Positions 26,415 to 40,139 of a stretch of DNA of 64,000 bases are shown piece after piece. Within the stretch, counting starts at the first letter, position 1. Each line of letters opens with the position of its first letter. The notes beneath the pieces are model-generated. The model was not told the origin of the DNA, made no database searches, and saw only the letters and a program-made list of their open reading frames with translations. The DNA is from Octopus vulgaris (taxonomy: Eukaryota): positions 84,940,001 to 85,004,000 of the forward strand of contig OX597823.1 in assembly GCA_951406725.2 (NCBI GenBank), in the 5' to 3' direction. Position numbers and translations under genes: made by a program.

Positions 26415-27954
26415 AATTTAAAGAAATCCTTTCTTTAAAGTTATTAACTATCAAAAATTTGGTTTGGAAATCAGAATGGCACGCACCATTTGGAAGCTTT
26501 TCGTTTTGAGTGTTAGCGCTTACTATACTCACCAGCGGATGCGTTTTTTTAAATTATTATGTTATATTAAAACTTGAATGGGAACATGATGCATCCAAGA
26601 ATTTTGGCTACCAGAGAAATAAAAAAACAAACAAACAAAAAATCTCCAATTCTGTCGGCGAAACTGATTTTAACCTATTAACAGCAAATATTTTTTGCTT
26701 CTGTATGCAGGAATCTTTGGGTATCGGCATATTCCGACTACGAGAGAGTGAATGATAGAGAGAAGGAGAAAGATAGAGAGAGGAGTGACCGAGAGCGAGG
26801 GAGGGAAACCATACATTTAGGAACCTTTTGATTAAAAAAAAAGGAAGAACAAGAAAAAGAAAAAAAATATTAAATGCACCTTATTCCTTGATGAACCAGA
26901 CGTTTGATCAAAAGGCTTTCAGCAAATACTGTCTCCTCATCCCACTTCTGTTTTTTTTTTAATCATTTTAAGCATTATGTATTGAATACTACCTTGCCAA
27001 ATGTAGTACTCTTAGGAATATCGCATTTCATATTTTTGGCTATGATTTAATGGCTATTATTCTTTGCAGATCAAGCAACCACATTAAGTCCATTTTGCTG
27101 TTCAGCTTTGGATTAGCCTTGATCAAACAAACTTATATTAAGAAGGATTCTATCCGTGGCTACCACGTCGTATTAGAAGTATTTGTATGGCGATATTATC
27201 TGGTGTGATCTGTTAAATAAGGAGTAATTCATTGAATACACGCGTAGTCTAGTAGTTTAAGTGCCAGGATCGCGATCGTTAAACCATGGTTTCGATTCTC
27301 AGACCGGGTGGCTAGTGACATTGCATAATGCTCCAGTTCACTCCGTCTAGAAATGGCAGCTTGGGATGGATTAATCCTTCGATAAGCTGAAGCCCCGTTC
27401 AACTTTTTAGCCATGTACTTCTTGCAGTTCCTTGTGCTCCTTGCAGCCTCATGAGTATAAAATCTCAAAGATCGTCATTTGAGTAAAAATTGACTAATAA
27501 ATATAGCAGCTCATACTAAGTAGGAGCATCTTGTATTACCACAAATTGAGCAATGGGATTGATGAAATATATTTCCCCACCATCTGAAAATTGCTGGCTT
27601 TGGGTCAAATTTCGAAAGGATAGAATTGTCATTCATCGTATCGTAACTCTTTTGAATCAGGAATGACTTAAATCTACATAATAATGATGAAGATTAATGC
27701 CCGATTAATCATTAAACCAAATACGTACCTGTCTACGGCATGAAGGGACGCGGAGCACCACAAAAGTGGTAAATGATTTACGGCACAAAAGAAATCACTT
27801 TAAACTTGCTAAAATAATATACAAACTGGTCTATATGATCGGAAATATAATTTCGAATTGTTCATGGTGTCATAGGGAAAACTACCCAAATATAAATGAA
27901 GAGGAAGAATACAGAACTAAGCATTAAAATTTCTATCTTACTGATAGTTTATTT

Positions 27955-28360
27955 TATTACTCTTTTACTCTTTTACTTGTTTCAGTCATGTGACTGTGGC
28001 CATGCTGGAGCCCCGCCTTTAGTCGAGCAAATCGACCCCGGGACTTATTCTTTGTAAGCCAAGTACTTTGTAAGCCTAGTATTTTTGCCGAACTGCTAGG
28101 TTACGGGTACATAAACACACCAGCATCGGTTGTCAAGCGATGTTAGGGGGACAAACACAACCACACAAACACACATACACACACACAAACATATATATAT
28201 ATATATATACGACGAGCTTCTTTCAGTTTCCGTCTACCAAATCCACTCACAAGGCTTTGATCGGCCCGAGGCTATAGTAGAAGACACTTTCTCAAGGTGC
28301 CACGCAGTGGGACTGAACCCGAACCATGTGGCTGGTAAGCAACCTACTTACCACGTAGCC
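27955..28360 (-). mobile_element. SINE family B
   Basis: Colinear with the family B consensus. Confidence 0.9.
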
Positions 28361-28812
28361 AAAAATTTTATGGTATATCATGGTTTATATTCTGAACTAC
28401 ATATATGTATGGGGAATCAAAATCTTTTAAGTGCTTAAGGCCTCTATTGGTCTTAATCCTTCCTGAAGAGGACAGCAACAATAGGGACAAAAAAAAGACA
28501 AAAAAAATAAACGATTTTAAAGTTGGTTACTCCCAATAGAAGTCGAGATGAATACAATGCAAAGAAGTGTATGTGTGTGCGTGTGTGTGTGCATGCGTGT
28601 GTGTGTGCGTGTGTGTGTGTTTGTGTGTGCGTAGACACTCACAAGGCTTTGGTCGGCCCGAGGCTATAGTAGAAGACACTTGCCCAAGCTGGCACGGAGT
28701 AGGACTGAACCCAGAATCATGTGGATGGTAAGCAAGCTACGTACCACACAGCCCAAAATGTTATGGTATATTGTTGTTTATATTCTGAACTGCATATATA
28801 TATATATATATA

Positions 28813-28870
<58 letters not shown>

Positions 28871-29253
28871 ACTCTTTTACATGTTTCAGTCATTTGACTG
28901 CGGCCATGCTGGAGCACCGCCTTTAGTCGAGCAAATCGACTCCGGGACTTATTCTTTGTAAGCCCATTACTTATTCTATCGGTCTCTTTTGCCGAACCAC
29001 TAAGTGACGGGGACGTAAACACACCAGCATCGGTTGTCAAGCAATGCTAGGGGGACAAACACAGACACACACATATATATATATACATATATACGACAGG
29101 CTTCTTTCAGTTTCTGTCTACCAAATCCACTCACAAGGCATTGGTCGGCCCGGGGCTATAGCAGAAGACACTTGCCCAAGATGCCACGCAGTAGGACTGA
29201 ACCGGAACCATGTGGTTAGTTAGCAAGCTATTTACCACACAGCCACTCCTGCG

Positions 29254-29301
<48 letters not shown>

Positions 29302-29510
29302 TATAGATATAAGGGGGAACCAAAATCTTTTAAGTGCTTAGGGCCTCTATTGGTCTTAATCCTTCCTGAAGAGGACAGCAACAATAGGGACAAAAAATAC
29401 AAAAAAAAAAAAACGATTTAGAAGTTGGTTACTCCCAATAAAATTCGAGATGAATACAAATGAAAGTAAGTGTGTATGTGTGCATGCGCGCGCGCGCGTG
29501 TGTAGACATA
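28245..29510. repeat. Local ~390-bp tandem duplication; the second copy is interrupted by a SINE B
   Basis: 28245-28405 matches 28636-28800; 28411-28580 matches 29313-29490. Confidence 0.85.
28866..29255 (-). mobile_element. SINE family B, near-intact, inserted in (TA)n
   Basis: Ends ...ccacacagccactcctgcgcc; (TA)n on both sides. Confidence 0.92.
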
Positions 29511-29699
29511 TGTCTTTGCATGGATAGACGAGTGAATGTCCTCTATGATTTGATAAAGCAAAGAGAAAATAAGAACAAAAACAAAAACACGGCTATTGTC
29601 CACGCATCAGGCCACAACGGCTTTGCCAACTGATATATTTCCATCATGACCGTATCATATCATTGTTTAAAGCTGTTAGTGTGTCTTATCGTTTGTGGA

Positions 29700-30031
29700 A
29701 GCTAGAAATGTTTATACAGAAAAAGGGGAAGAAGCAAAAAAAATAAAAACAAGTACAAAAAACCAGCAAAGAAACAAAACAGAAGAAGAACGACGAAGGC
29801 TGAAGAAGAAGAAGAAGAAGGGTTGGTGGGAATCTGGTGAGAAGAAGGTGATAGGGAAAGATGATGAAAATGATGAGAAGGGTGTGGTGGACGATGATGG
29901 GGACGAGGAATAAGAAGAAGGGTGGGAAGGATAAAGGGAGAATACGGGGATAGAAATATGGATATTGAGAAGCGGATGAAGAAGGATGTGGAATATAAAA
30001 TGCATGAGGAATAAAAAGGAAAAGCTATAAA

Positions 30032-30084
<53 letters not shown>

Positions 30085-30089
30085 CATCA

Positions 30090-30142
<53 letters not shown>

Positions 30143-30510
30143 GTCATTAATATTATTATTATTATTATTATTATCATTATTATTATTATTATTATTATTA
30201 GTAGTGGTGGTGGTGGTGGTATGAAGAATGGGGTGATGAGGACAACATGAGGATGAGGGTGACGGTGAGGAAAATGAAGCGGAAGAGGAGGATGAGACGG
30301 ATGAGGAGTAGAGGGAGGAAGAGGAGAGGGATGAGGAGGTGAGGGAGGAAGAGGAAGAGGGGAAGAGAAGGAGGAAATGAAAGAGAAAAGAAGAAAAAAG
30401 GACAAAAAGGAGAAAGAAGTAAGAAGAGGGAGGAGTAGGAAGGGGAAGCAAAAAGATTAGGGGGAGGGAGAAGAATAAGGAAGAAATCGAAGAAAAGAAT
30501 ATAGAGCGGG
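29700..30510. repeat. Purine-rich low-complexity tract around (TTA)n
   Basis: GAA/GGA-rich flanks with (ATT)n at 30037-30200. Confidence 0.85.
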
Positions 30511-30847
30511 AAAATTAGATGAAAATCATCTTCATGGGGTACATCGAACCGAATGGTGAAGGTGACGGTGGGTATCCCTCGTTCAACGACGAGGGTTTAA
30601 TAATTTCAGGTGTAAGTGGCTGAGTAGTGGCTGAGTAGTCTGTGGACACGTTCACCCTTAAAGTAAATCTCACATAGAATCAGCGTGGCTCAGTGAGCAA
30701 CCAGGCTGTACATTTTAAAGTACGAAAAGATTCTGTTCTACTAAATTACACGGTATGGGTAATAGGAAAATATCTACCCATAACTTATAACCTTATGAAT
30801 TGTATGAAACAAAAGTGTCAAAAATAAATATCGACCAAGGTGAAGAC

Positions 30848-31200
30848 GTAGCTGTGTGGTAAGAGACTTGCTTCGCAACCACATGGTCTCTCGCTCTTTC
30901 TTCTTCTTTCTGTTGTACCTGTATTTCAAAGAGCCAGCCTTGTCACACTCTGTGTCACGCTGAATCTCCTCGCGAACTAAGTTATGGAGACACGTGTCTG
31001 TGGAGTGCTCAGCCACTTGCACATTAATTTCACGAGCAGGCTGTTCCGTTGATCGGATCAACTGGAACACTCATCGTCGTAACTGACGGAGTGCTTCTAT
31101 TACATACATACATATATACATACATACATACATACATACATACATACATACATACATACACAATAATACATACATAACACACAGACACACACACACACAG

Positions 31201-31232
<32 letters not shown>

Positions 31233-31440
31233 TTATATATATACACACACAAATATTTACACGCATATAAGTGTATGCATGTGTATGTTTGTTCTACACA
31301 ATCGCTTCCCAACTGTTGTTGGTTTGTTTACTTCCCCGTAATCTAGAGGTTCGACAAAAGAAACCGATAAAATAAATACTAGGTTAAAAATTAGAATGAG
31401 GTCAAGGTCGCAGTGCAATGACTGAAACCAGTATAAAAGA
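30848..31440. mobile_element. Composite of SINE B head (30848-30890), SINE D tail (30905-31095), microsatellite and SINE B tail (31300-31440)
   Basis: Segments match 37121, the reverse complement of 33700-33880, and 37340-37520. Confidence 0.65.
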
Positions 31441-31512
31441 TTGAAATGTAAGTCGTTGCGCAATAGGCGGAAAAACCCAATATCTTGTGACTATAAAACA
31501 CACTTCTTTTAA

Positions 31513-31887
31513 TATTGCGTCATCCCATAAGTAATGTAGCTTTTTTTTATACTTCTTTTATCTTTCAAAATTAAAATATCAAAGTTCTTTTTTAATCTAA
31601 AACATACTCTCTTTCATTTTCTACAATGCTCTTCCATCTATCTAGTACACTTGTAAGTCCCCTCTTCCAAAACTTATTTGTACATGACGAAAAATACTCC
31701 TTCAGTATTTTTACCTCGTCTGCAGAATTCATATTTTCTCAGTCCAAATAATTTTAAAGACTGCGAAATAAATGATAATCAGATGGGGCAATGTCCGGCG
31801 AATATGGTGGGTGGGGCATTATTTCCCATTCAGACTCCTCCAGCCTTTAGAATATCACCCTCGCTGTATGTGGCAAAGCATTATCGC
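31513..31887 (-). mobile_element. Mariner transposase 3' fragment with terminal repeat (pseudogene)
   Basis: Minus strand reads DNALPHTA...WEIMPHPPYSPDIAPSDYHLFRSL; TA + ttgcgtcatcccataag terminus. Confidence 0.85.
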
Positions 31888-31906
31888 AACAGAGAATGTG
31901 ATCGAA

Positions 31907-32476
31907 CTGGTAGAGATTTTAGCACGCCGGACAAAATGCTTAGCGGTATTTCGTCTGCCGCTACGTTCTGAGTTCAAATTCCGCCGAGGTCGACTTTGCC
32001 TTTCATCCTTTCGGGGTCGATTAAATAAGTACCAGTTAAGCACTGGGGTCGATATAATCGACTTAATCCGTTTGTCTGTCCTTGTTTGTTCTCTCTGTGT
32101 TTAACCCCTTGTGGGTAGTAAAGAAATAGTTATTTCGTCTGCCGTTATGTTCTGAGTTCAAATTCCGCCGAGGTCGACTTTGCCTTACATCCTTTCGAGG
32201 TCGATAAATTAAGTACCAATTACGCACTGGAGTCGATATATAATCGACTTAATCCGTTTGTCTGTCCTTGTTTATCCTCTTCGTGCTTAGCCCCTTGTGG
32301 GTAGTAAAGAAATAGGTATTTCGTCTGTCTTTACGTTCTCAGTACAAATTCCGCCGAGGTCCACTTTGCCTTTCATCCTTTCGGGGTTGATAATTTTGTA
32401 CCAGTTACGTACTGGGGTCGATCTAATCGACTGGCTTCCTCCCCTAAAATTTCGGCCCTCGTTCCTAGAGTAGAAT
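31907..32476 (+). mobile_element. SINE family A, three-unit copy with 14-bp TSD
   Basis: TSD agaatgtgatcgaa at 31893-31906 and 32477-32490; ~187-bp internal units. Confidence 0.9.
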
Positions 32477-32589
32477 AGAATGTGATCGAAGACAAAAGTG
32501 GGTAATGGGTGTGTATGCCATATTTCGGGGTTTAGCCTGGAGGACATTTGCTCAAGGTGCCACTAACCTACCACGGCCTCCGAACACAT

Positions 32590-32885
32590 TGCTCATATAG
32601 CCCCCGCATACAGCGGGCTGGTATCTAAACATTACAAATCTGTAATGGTCACCGTTACTGCTCTTCGGGATATGTGATTAGAATGTCGCAGAATAGACCG
32701 GCAGGATGATCTCTGGTGTCGACCAGGAACGAGCTGGTTAGATAACAGACATAGTTTCAGTTGATCATGTTTGGGAAACCAGCCGGGATTAGTATTGAGG
32801 GTTGATTCTGATAGGACCTTACCGAGATGCCTGAGGACTCTACCCCCATGACTCTTTCCCTACTCAGAAATAACGGGTGAAGATA
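32590..32885 (+). mobile_element. Decayed RTE-like LINE 3' fragment
   Basis: Shares atgtgattagaatgt, ggtt(a/g)gataa, tcatg(t/c)ttgggaa and ctgagga with 18040-18380. Confidence 0.5.
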
Positions 32886-33175
32886 GATACTGAAAGAACA
32901 ACAACAACATCAGCAGCAGCAGCAGCAACAGCAGCAAGAACGACAACAACAACAGAATTTTAACTCATTCTTTGGAACTGGTATTGTTAGAAAGCATAGG
33001 AGGGGACCGCTACGTAATTGCTAGAAATAACGCGTAATCCACATTAAATCATATTCTTTCGTCATAAATAAGGCCGGGTACATTCAACATTGTGATCACA
33101 GATAAACGGAATAGTCACGTCAGGAACGCCATCGAACATAAATCTGCACAATTAGCCTTTAAGTTCTTAGCAAAA

Positions 33176-33565
33176 ACGTGGCTGTGTGGTAAGTAACTTG
33201 CTTACCAACCACATGGCTCCGGGTTCAGTCCCAATGCATGGCATCTTGGGCAAGTATTTTCTATTATAGCTTTGAGCCGATCAAAGCCTTGTGAGAGGAT
33301 TTAGTAGACGGAAACTGAAAGAAGCCTGTCGTATGCATATGCGTGTGTATGTGTATGTGTGTGTTTGTGTGCCTTAGTTTGTCCCCCTCACCATCGCTTG
33401 ACAACCGATGCTGGTGTGCTTATTCCCCCGTAAATTAACGGTTTGGCAAAAGAGACCGTTACAATAATTACTATGCTTTCAAAGTCCTGGGGTCGATTTG
33501 TTCGACTAAAGGTGGGGCTCCGGTATGGCCGCAGTGAAATTACTGAAAAAAGAGAAAGAATAAAA
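33176..33565 (+). mobile_element. SINE family B
   Basis: gtggctgtgtggtaagtaacttgcttaccaaccac... Confidence 0.9.
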
Positions 33566-33686
33566 AAAAAAACGTTAACAATATGGTGAGACTTACGTAT
33601 GTATTGTTATGGCTCATACCATGATAACATGATATTCAAAGAATGAGGCAACTTTTTGGAAGTTAATATCAGAATAATTAGCAGAT

Positions 33687-34017
33687 TCTTTCTTTTGACT
33701 CCGCCGGTTACGACGACGAGGATCCCAGCTGATACGATCAACGGAACAGCTTGCTCGTGAAATTAACGTGCAAATGGCTGAGCATTCCACAGACACGTGT
33801 ACCCTTAACGTAGTTCTCGGGGATAATCAGCGTGACACAGAGAGTGACAAGGCTGACCCTTTGAAATACAAGTACAACTCATTTTTGCCAGCTGAGTGGA
33901 CTGGAGCAACGTGAAATAAAGTGTCTTGCTCAAGGACACAACGCGTCGCCGGGAATCGAACTCACAACCTTACGATCATGAGCCGAATGCCCTAACCACT
34001 AAGCCACGCGCCCTCAC
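33687..34017 (-). mobile_element. SINE family D (CORE-like gtgtccttgagcaagacac), full length, 11-bp TSD
   Basis: TSD aattagcagat at 33676-33686 and 34018-34028; tRNA A/B boxes tggcttagtgg / gttcgattcc. Confidence 0.9.
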
Positions 34018-34269
34018 AATTAGCAGATAGAGAGGGACGCAAAAACTGCGAAGATGAAATAGCGGGAGAAAATAATTAATATGAATTGGATGGAATGGTG
34101 TTTGGATAAATAGTCATCTAATAAATGATTGAATACATGGGTGGGTGGATGGATGGACGGATGGATGACGAGTAAATGGATGGATGGATGGATATGATAC
34201 GGAAATACACAGACTAGCAAAATATTTTTACATCCTTATGCATGTATGTATGTATGTATGTATGATTGC

Positions 34270-34300
<31 letters not shown>

Positions 34301-34426
34301 TGTATGTATGTATGTATGTATGTATGTATGTGTGTGTGTATGTCTATGTATGTATGTATGTATATTTGTATGTATGTATAATATCTAACTATCTACTAAA
34401 CTTTCTATAAATTTATGTATATGTTT

Positions 34427-34474
<48 letters not shown>

Positions 34475-34486
34475 TATATGTGTGTG

Positions 34487-34557
<71 letters not shown>

Positions 34558-35125
34558 AAGAAGAAAATAAAGGAAAAATTACAGGAAAAAATTGGTCGTT
34601 TGCGCTAGTATGCCATTAATTTTATTAATTATTAAAGAAAAGTGGTAATAATTGTACATATAAATAATTACGACGGGCTTCTTTCAGTTTTTGGGTGGCC
34701 TGTCTGACTATACACTTGCCCATGGTACCACGCAGTGAAACTGAACCCGGAACCGTGCGGTTGGTAAGCATGCTACTTACCGTGCATGTATAAATATATA
34801 AGAATACATATGAATATATACATGCGTCGCGTGTCTGTCTATTTATCTATCTGTATGTACGTAATGCATGATTATTTAATTGTCGTTGTTCTTAAATAAT
34901 GTAGAATGTGATGTATGAAGTATACACAGATGACTAAATGGATATGTGGATGGATGGATAAAAGCGAAAGGTAAATAAATACATGTGGACTTTAATAATG
35001 TTGAAGGCAGAGGTGACAGGCAAAACGACAGGTAGATGAAGTTAGGACGACGTGGAGGGAAAATATTAATAATAAATAATACATTGTGTTCGGATAATGT
35101 GTAAATGCATGGGTGCATATGGTGT

Positions 35126-35168
<43 letters not shown>

Positions 35169-35273
35169 GTACGCACACATACACACATAACAATGCATAT
35201 TATTATTTACACATTTTTATGTATATATTTTACATATCCATTTGTACATGTACATTCGTCTTTCTTTCTCTTC

Positions 35274-35312
<39 letters not shown>

Positions 35313-35341
35313 CATACATACATACATACATACATACATAC

Positions 35342-35383
<42 letters not shown>

Positions 35384-35485
35384 TATATTTATATATATAT
35401 ATGTGCACGCGCGCTTGTCTGCTTCTGTGTGCGTGTCCATCCAACCATCATCCATCCATCCATCAATCCATCCATTCATCCACTC

Positions 35486-35555
<70 letters not shown>

Positions 35556-36375
35556 GCATCTATCTATCCATATATATATATAGTATATATATATAGTATA
35601 TAGTATATATATATATATATATATAGTATAATGGATATATATACATACATACATATATATATATCAGAAATTGGTAAAAAGAATGTAGAAATTTTTAAAG
35701 TAGAAATTATAGTAAAAAGCGAGATGTGGTTCTAATAGGTTATTAAAAGTAGGTGTCTAAAACATTAGAGATCAAAGGAGATGTTTTCAAGCAGGAAATA
35801 CTAAAATAATTGCCACTTCTCTCCCCTCTTGTTTATGGATGTCAAACAACCTATCAAATAAGGCTTTGATCTCGACAGCTCCCTTTCACACTCTGCCTAT
35901 TTCTGTTACTCCATATACGCCTTTATTTCTAAATATTTCATGTAAGTCTGCTTATTTTCGTTTTTGGCTTCTTTCTCCAATGCGTTTGATTTTTACTACA
36001 ATATGCTTTTTACCTTATTGTGTTATTTTATTTCATATTCTTTTAATTTTTCTTTATTTTTATTTTATCTTTCACCACTCTTTTTTTTACGACATTTTCT
36101 ATCTTTCTTTAAAACTTGCCCACTTATCGACAATCTCTTACAGTATTGCATCAAGTCTTCTATCAGTCTTCTTCTCCTTATTACTTGCATCGCATTTCAT
36201 GAAAACGCACGTTCTTACATTTTATTTCTCTTCTCTTCTTTCTCGCTTCTATTTGCTATTTAAAATTCCATTCAATTTACCCGTTATTATTTCAATTTTT
36301 TTCATATAGTTTTCTTCATCCAGCGTTAATTAACCTTCCTTTTAGTGTGTTTCTCTCTCACTCTCACTGTCTCCC

Positions 36376-36436
<61 letters not shown>

Positions 36437-36473
36437 TTGATTTATTACAATTATCAGTGGTTTTATTTCTCAT

Positions 36474-36664
36474 TTCTTCTTCTTCTTCTTCTTCTTCTTC
36501 TTCTTCTTCTTCTTCTTCTTCTTCTTCTTCTTCTTCTTCTTCTTCTTCTTCTTCTTCTTCTTCTTCTTCTTCTTCTTCTTTTTCTTCTTCTTCTTCTTCT
36601 TCTTCTTCTTCTTTTTCTTTTTCTTCTTCTTCTTCTTCTTCTTCTTCTTCTTTTTCTTCTTCAG

Positions 36665-36711
<47 letters not shown>

Positions 36712-36725
36712 CATCATCATCATCA
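36474..36725. repeat. (TTC)n followed by (TTA)n and (TCA)n
   Basis: Direct reading. Confidence 0.95.
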
Positions 36726-37120
36726 GCGTTGTTTTTCTTCCGTTCCTTTTCTCGTGTCTTGCATCTCCTCGCCTTTTTCCTTTTTCGATAATCTTACTGG
36801 TCCTCATCTTTTTTTATGATTCGTTGGCATTTTAAAGCAATCATTTAGGAAAAATTAATTTTCCCTATCAGGCGTTCTCATTGTTCATATAATATACTTT
36901 CAAATAGCTGTTTCATAGTTCTATTTTGAAACTCTTAACCATAACTTTAATATTTCAAACTGAGGTGTCAATTCAGTTCACTTTAACAAAGGAAGAACAT
37001 GGAATTAGCATTTCATTTTATATTGCATAAAATGTATTTTATATCTCCACGTAGACATACACACCTACGCGCGCGCGCAAATAGACACAGCATTTATATT
37101 TATATAAATACATATATATA

Positions 37121-37527
37121 GGCGCAGGAGTGGCTGTGTGGTAAGTAGCTTGCTAACCAACCACATGGTTCCGGGTTCAGTCCCACTGCGTGGCATCTTG
37201 GGCAAGTGTTTTCTGCTATAGCCCCGGGCCGACCAATGCCTTGTGAGTGGATTTGGTAGACGGAAACTGAAAGAAGCCTGTCATATATATGTATATATAT
37301 ATATAAGTGTGTGTGTATATGTTTGTGTGTCTTGACAACCGATGTTGTTTGACAACCGATGCTGGTGTGTTTACGTCCCCGTCACTTAGCGGTTCGGCAA
37401 AAGAGACCGATAGAATAAGTACTGGGCTTACAAAGAATAAGTCCCGGGGTCGATTTGCTCGACTAAAGGCGGTGCTCCAGCATGGCCGCAGTCAAATGAC
37501 TGAAACAAGTAAAAGAGTAAAAGAGTA
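37121..37527 (+). mobile_element. SINE family B, intact reference copy
   Basis: ggcgcaggagtggctgtgtggt (A box)...gggttcagtccc (B box)...cttgggcaagt...microsatellite linker...tail gactgaaacaagtaaaagagtaaaagag. Confidence 0.93.
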
Positions 37528-37677
37528 CTATATATATACACATACACAAACACACACACACCTACCCCACCACATATATATATATAAAGAGAGAGAGAGA
37601 TATAAGAGAGAGAGAGATGGTTTGATAGATACATAGATAGATATATTCATTAATCGTAATTAGCTAGGTATTATTTT

Positions 37678-37870
37678 ATTCTTTTATTTGTTTCAGTTAT
37701 TTGACTGCGGCTATGCTGGAACATCACCCTTAGTCGAACAGATCTACCCCAGGACGTAGTCTTTGTAAGCCTAGTACTTGTTCTGTCGTCTTCTTTTGCC
37801 GAACCGCTAAGTTAAGGGGATATAAAGAAACCATCTTCGGTTATAAGACGATGGTACGGGGGACAAACAC
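37678..37870 (-). mobile_element. SINE family B tail, inverted relative to 37121-37527
   Basis: Reverse complement of about 37340-37520. Confidence 0.8.
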
Positions 37871-37895
37871 AGACACACACACACACATACATACA

Positions 37896-37931
<36 letters not shown>

Positions 37932-37934
37932 TAA

Positions 37935-38048
<114 letters not shown>

Positions 38049-38049
38049 T

Positions 38050-38337
38050 GAGGCGCAATGGCCCAGTGGTTAAGGCAGCGGACTCGCGGTCGTAGGATCG
38101 CGGTTTCGATTCCCAGACCGGGTGTTGTTAGTGTTTATTGAGCGAAAACACATAAAAAGCTCCACGAGTCTCCGGCAGGGGTGGTGATCCCTGCTGCACT
38201 CTTTCACTACTCTTTCTCCCACTCTTTCTTCTGTTGGCCTGCTCGCTTAGCCAGCGGGGTGGCGTCATTCGAAGGCTAAAACAATGCGAACGCATTGTGA
38301 CCAGCGATGTGTAACTACATCTGATGGACTGGTCGGT

Positions 38338-38345
<8 letters not shown>
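38050..38345 (+). mobile_element. SINE family C, full length
   Basis: Near-identical to 16043-16330. Confidence 0.92.
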
Positions 38346-38374
<29 letters not shown>

Positions 38375-38404
38375 CATACATACCTATCTATATGTATATA
38401 TGTA

Positions 38405-38975
38405 TATTGGTTCAGGCCATATCTAAATTAATACCACCACCTGATAGGATTAGCTAAATATTTTTTATGTTACGTTTTGTTGTATCATGGTCCGTTCGAG
38501 TAAGGAGTTCTTGTTGAGTGAGTTATATCCAGGTATGGGTTGCTTATCTGGCATTCCTTGAAGAAATTTGTCCAGATCCCGTTTAAAAGTGATTTGATCC
38601 TTTTCCTCTTTGTTCTGTTTCGGCACAATGTTAAATAGGGCAGGGCCTGCTGAAGAAAAGAGATTGTGTTGCAGTGTATTTATGTGTTGTGATCATGTAC
38701 TGGGTAGGGGACTATGGCCCGTGGTCCTCACCTTCGATGAATTTTGATGCTAAAGATAAGGTCGTTTGGGCAATGCTTGTGGTATATTCACCACATCGTG
38801 CAAGTGATATATCGCTCACCGCGGCGCTGGAGAGAGTAGATTTTCAATGCGTTAAGGCGGTCCCTATGATCGACTTCATTCATGCCCTTAATCTTTTATT
38901 GAATGACCTCTTGGGTCCCATGCGACACGATCCCTACTCCACTGTTAGCATAACAGATTTTCTACCACTGCGCTA
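38405..38975 (-). mobile_element. CR1/L2-group LINE 3' fragment
   Basis: Minus strand reads LKIYSLQRRGERY...GPALFNIVP...FKRDLDKFLQGMPD, typical of CR1-group ORF2 C-termini. Confidence 0.7.
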
Positions 38976-39104
38976 AAGCAATTCATTTGAATTCTTTTTC
39001 AATCTGTCTACGAATGTATGTATATCTCTGTCTACATGTATGTATGCGTGTACATACAAGCATATGTGCACACACACACACACACACAAATTCGTATACG
39101 TATA

Positions 39105-39140
<36 letters not shown>

Positions 39141-39199
39141 TGTATGTATGTATGTATGTATGTATGTATGTATGTATGTATGTATGTATGTATGTATGT

Positions 39200-39256
<57 letters not shown>

Positions 39257-39689
39257 CATATACATACATACATATTTACTTATAGACTTGTAGTCAGACA
39301 GACAAAGACATAGATAGATAGTTGAAGAAGTAAAAGTTTCTGGCTTGTACAGAATTGTACATTGGCAATAATAATAATAATAACAACAATAATAATAAAA
39401 ATAATAAAAATAATAAAAATCATAATGGTAAAACTGAAAGAATTGTTCCCTACTTTAAATGTATACAGGATCAGAAGGTCTTCAAATTTTACTTGCGAAT
39501 GAAATGTAATTGAATTGAAATGAATAAATAAATAAAATAAGGTAGAGTATGGTAGAATATTTACGCTTTTTCATTTAAAATTTTCTCGTCTAGCGTTTAA
39601 GAATGCTTGTGCCGTTATTGATAACCATCCATCCATCCATCCATCCATCCATCCATAGATACATACATGCATACATACATACATACCCC

Positions 39690-39772
<83 letters not shown>

Positions 39773-39803
39773 GTATATATGTACGTATGTATGTACACGC
39801 ACA

Positions 39804-39844
<41 letters not shown>

Positions 39845-40139
39845 GAGGTAACAAACCTTCATCTCTGATAAAGAACTTTGGTCTTTGAACTAATATACAT
39901 TAATGTAAATAAAAATATTTAAAAGATATATATATAAATCAAGAAAAAAATTCTGTATATTAAAATTTCTGCTTGTAAAATTGAGACGCCATTAGGTATT
40001 AATATCAATTTTATATTTTTAACTTTATAGTGAAGAATGTTGCATACACCAATGTTTAGAAAAAGAAGAATTTCATCACAAATAAAGAATGAGAAAAAAT
40101 CCTCCGTTTCTGTAAATAGTGTCGAAATTTATGTTCGCT

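Noticed and set aside
29695-30451. 249-aa Ser/Asn-rich ORF
   Set aside because: Low-complexity GA and TTA repeat sequence
35839-36309. 156-aa hydrophobic ORF
   Set aside because: T-rich compositional artefact with no domain
37121-37195. tRNA-like sequences at SINE heads (also 38050, 34015)
   Set aside because: They continue into SINE bodies and lack complete cloverleaf ends; not tRNA genes
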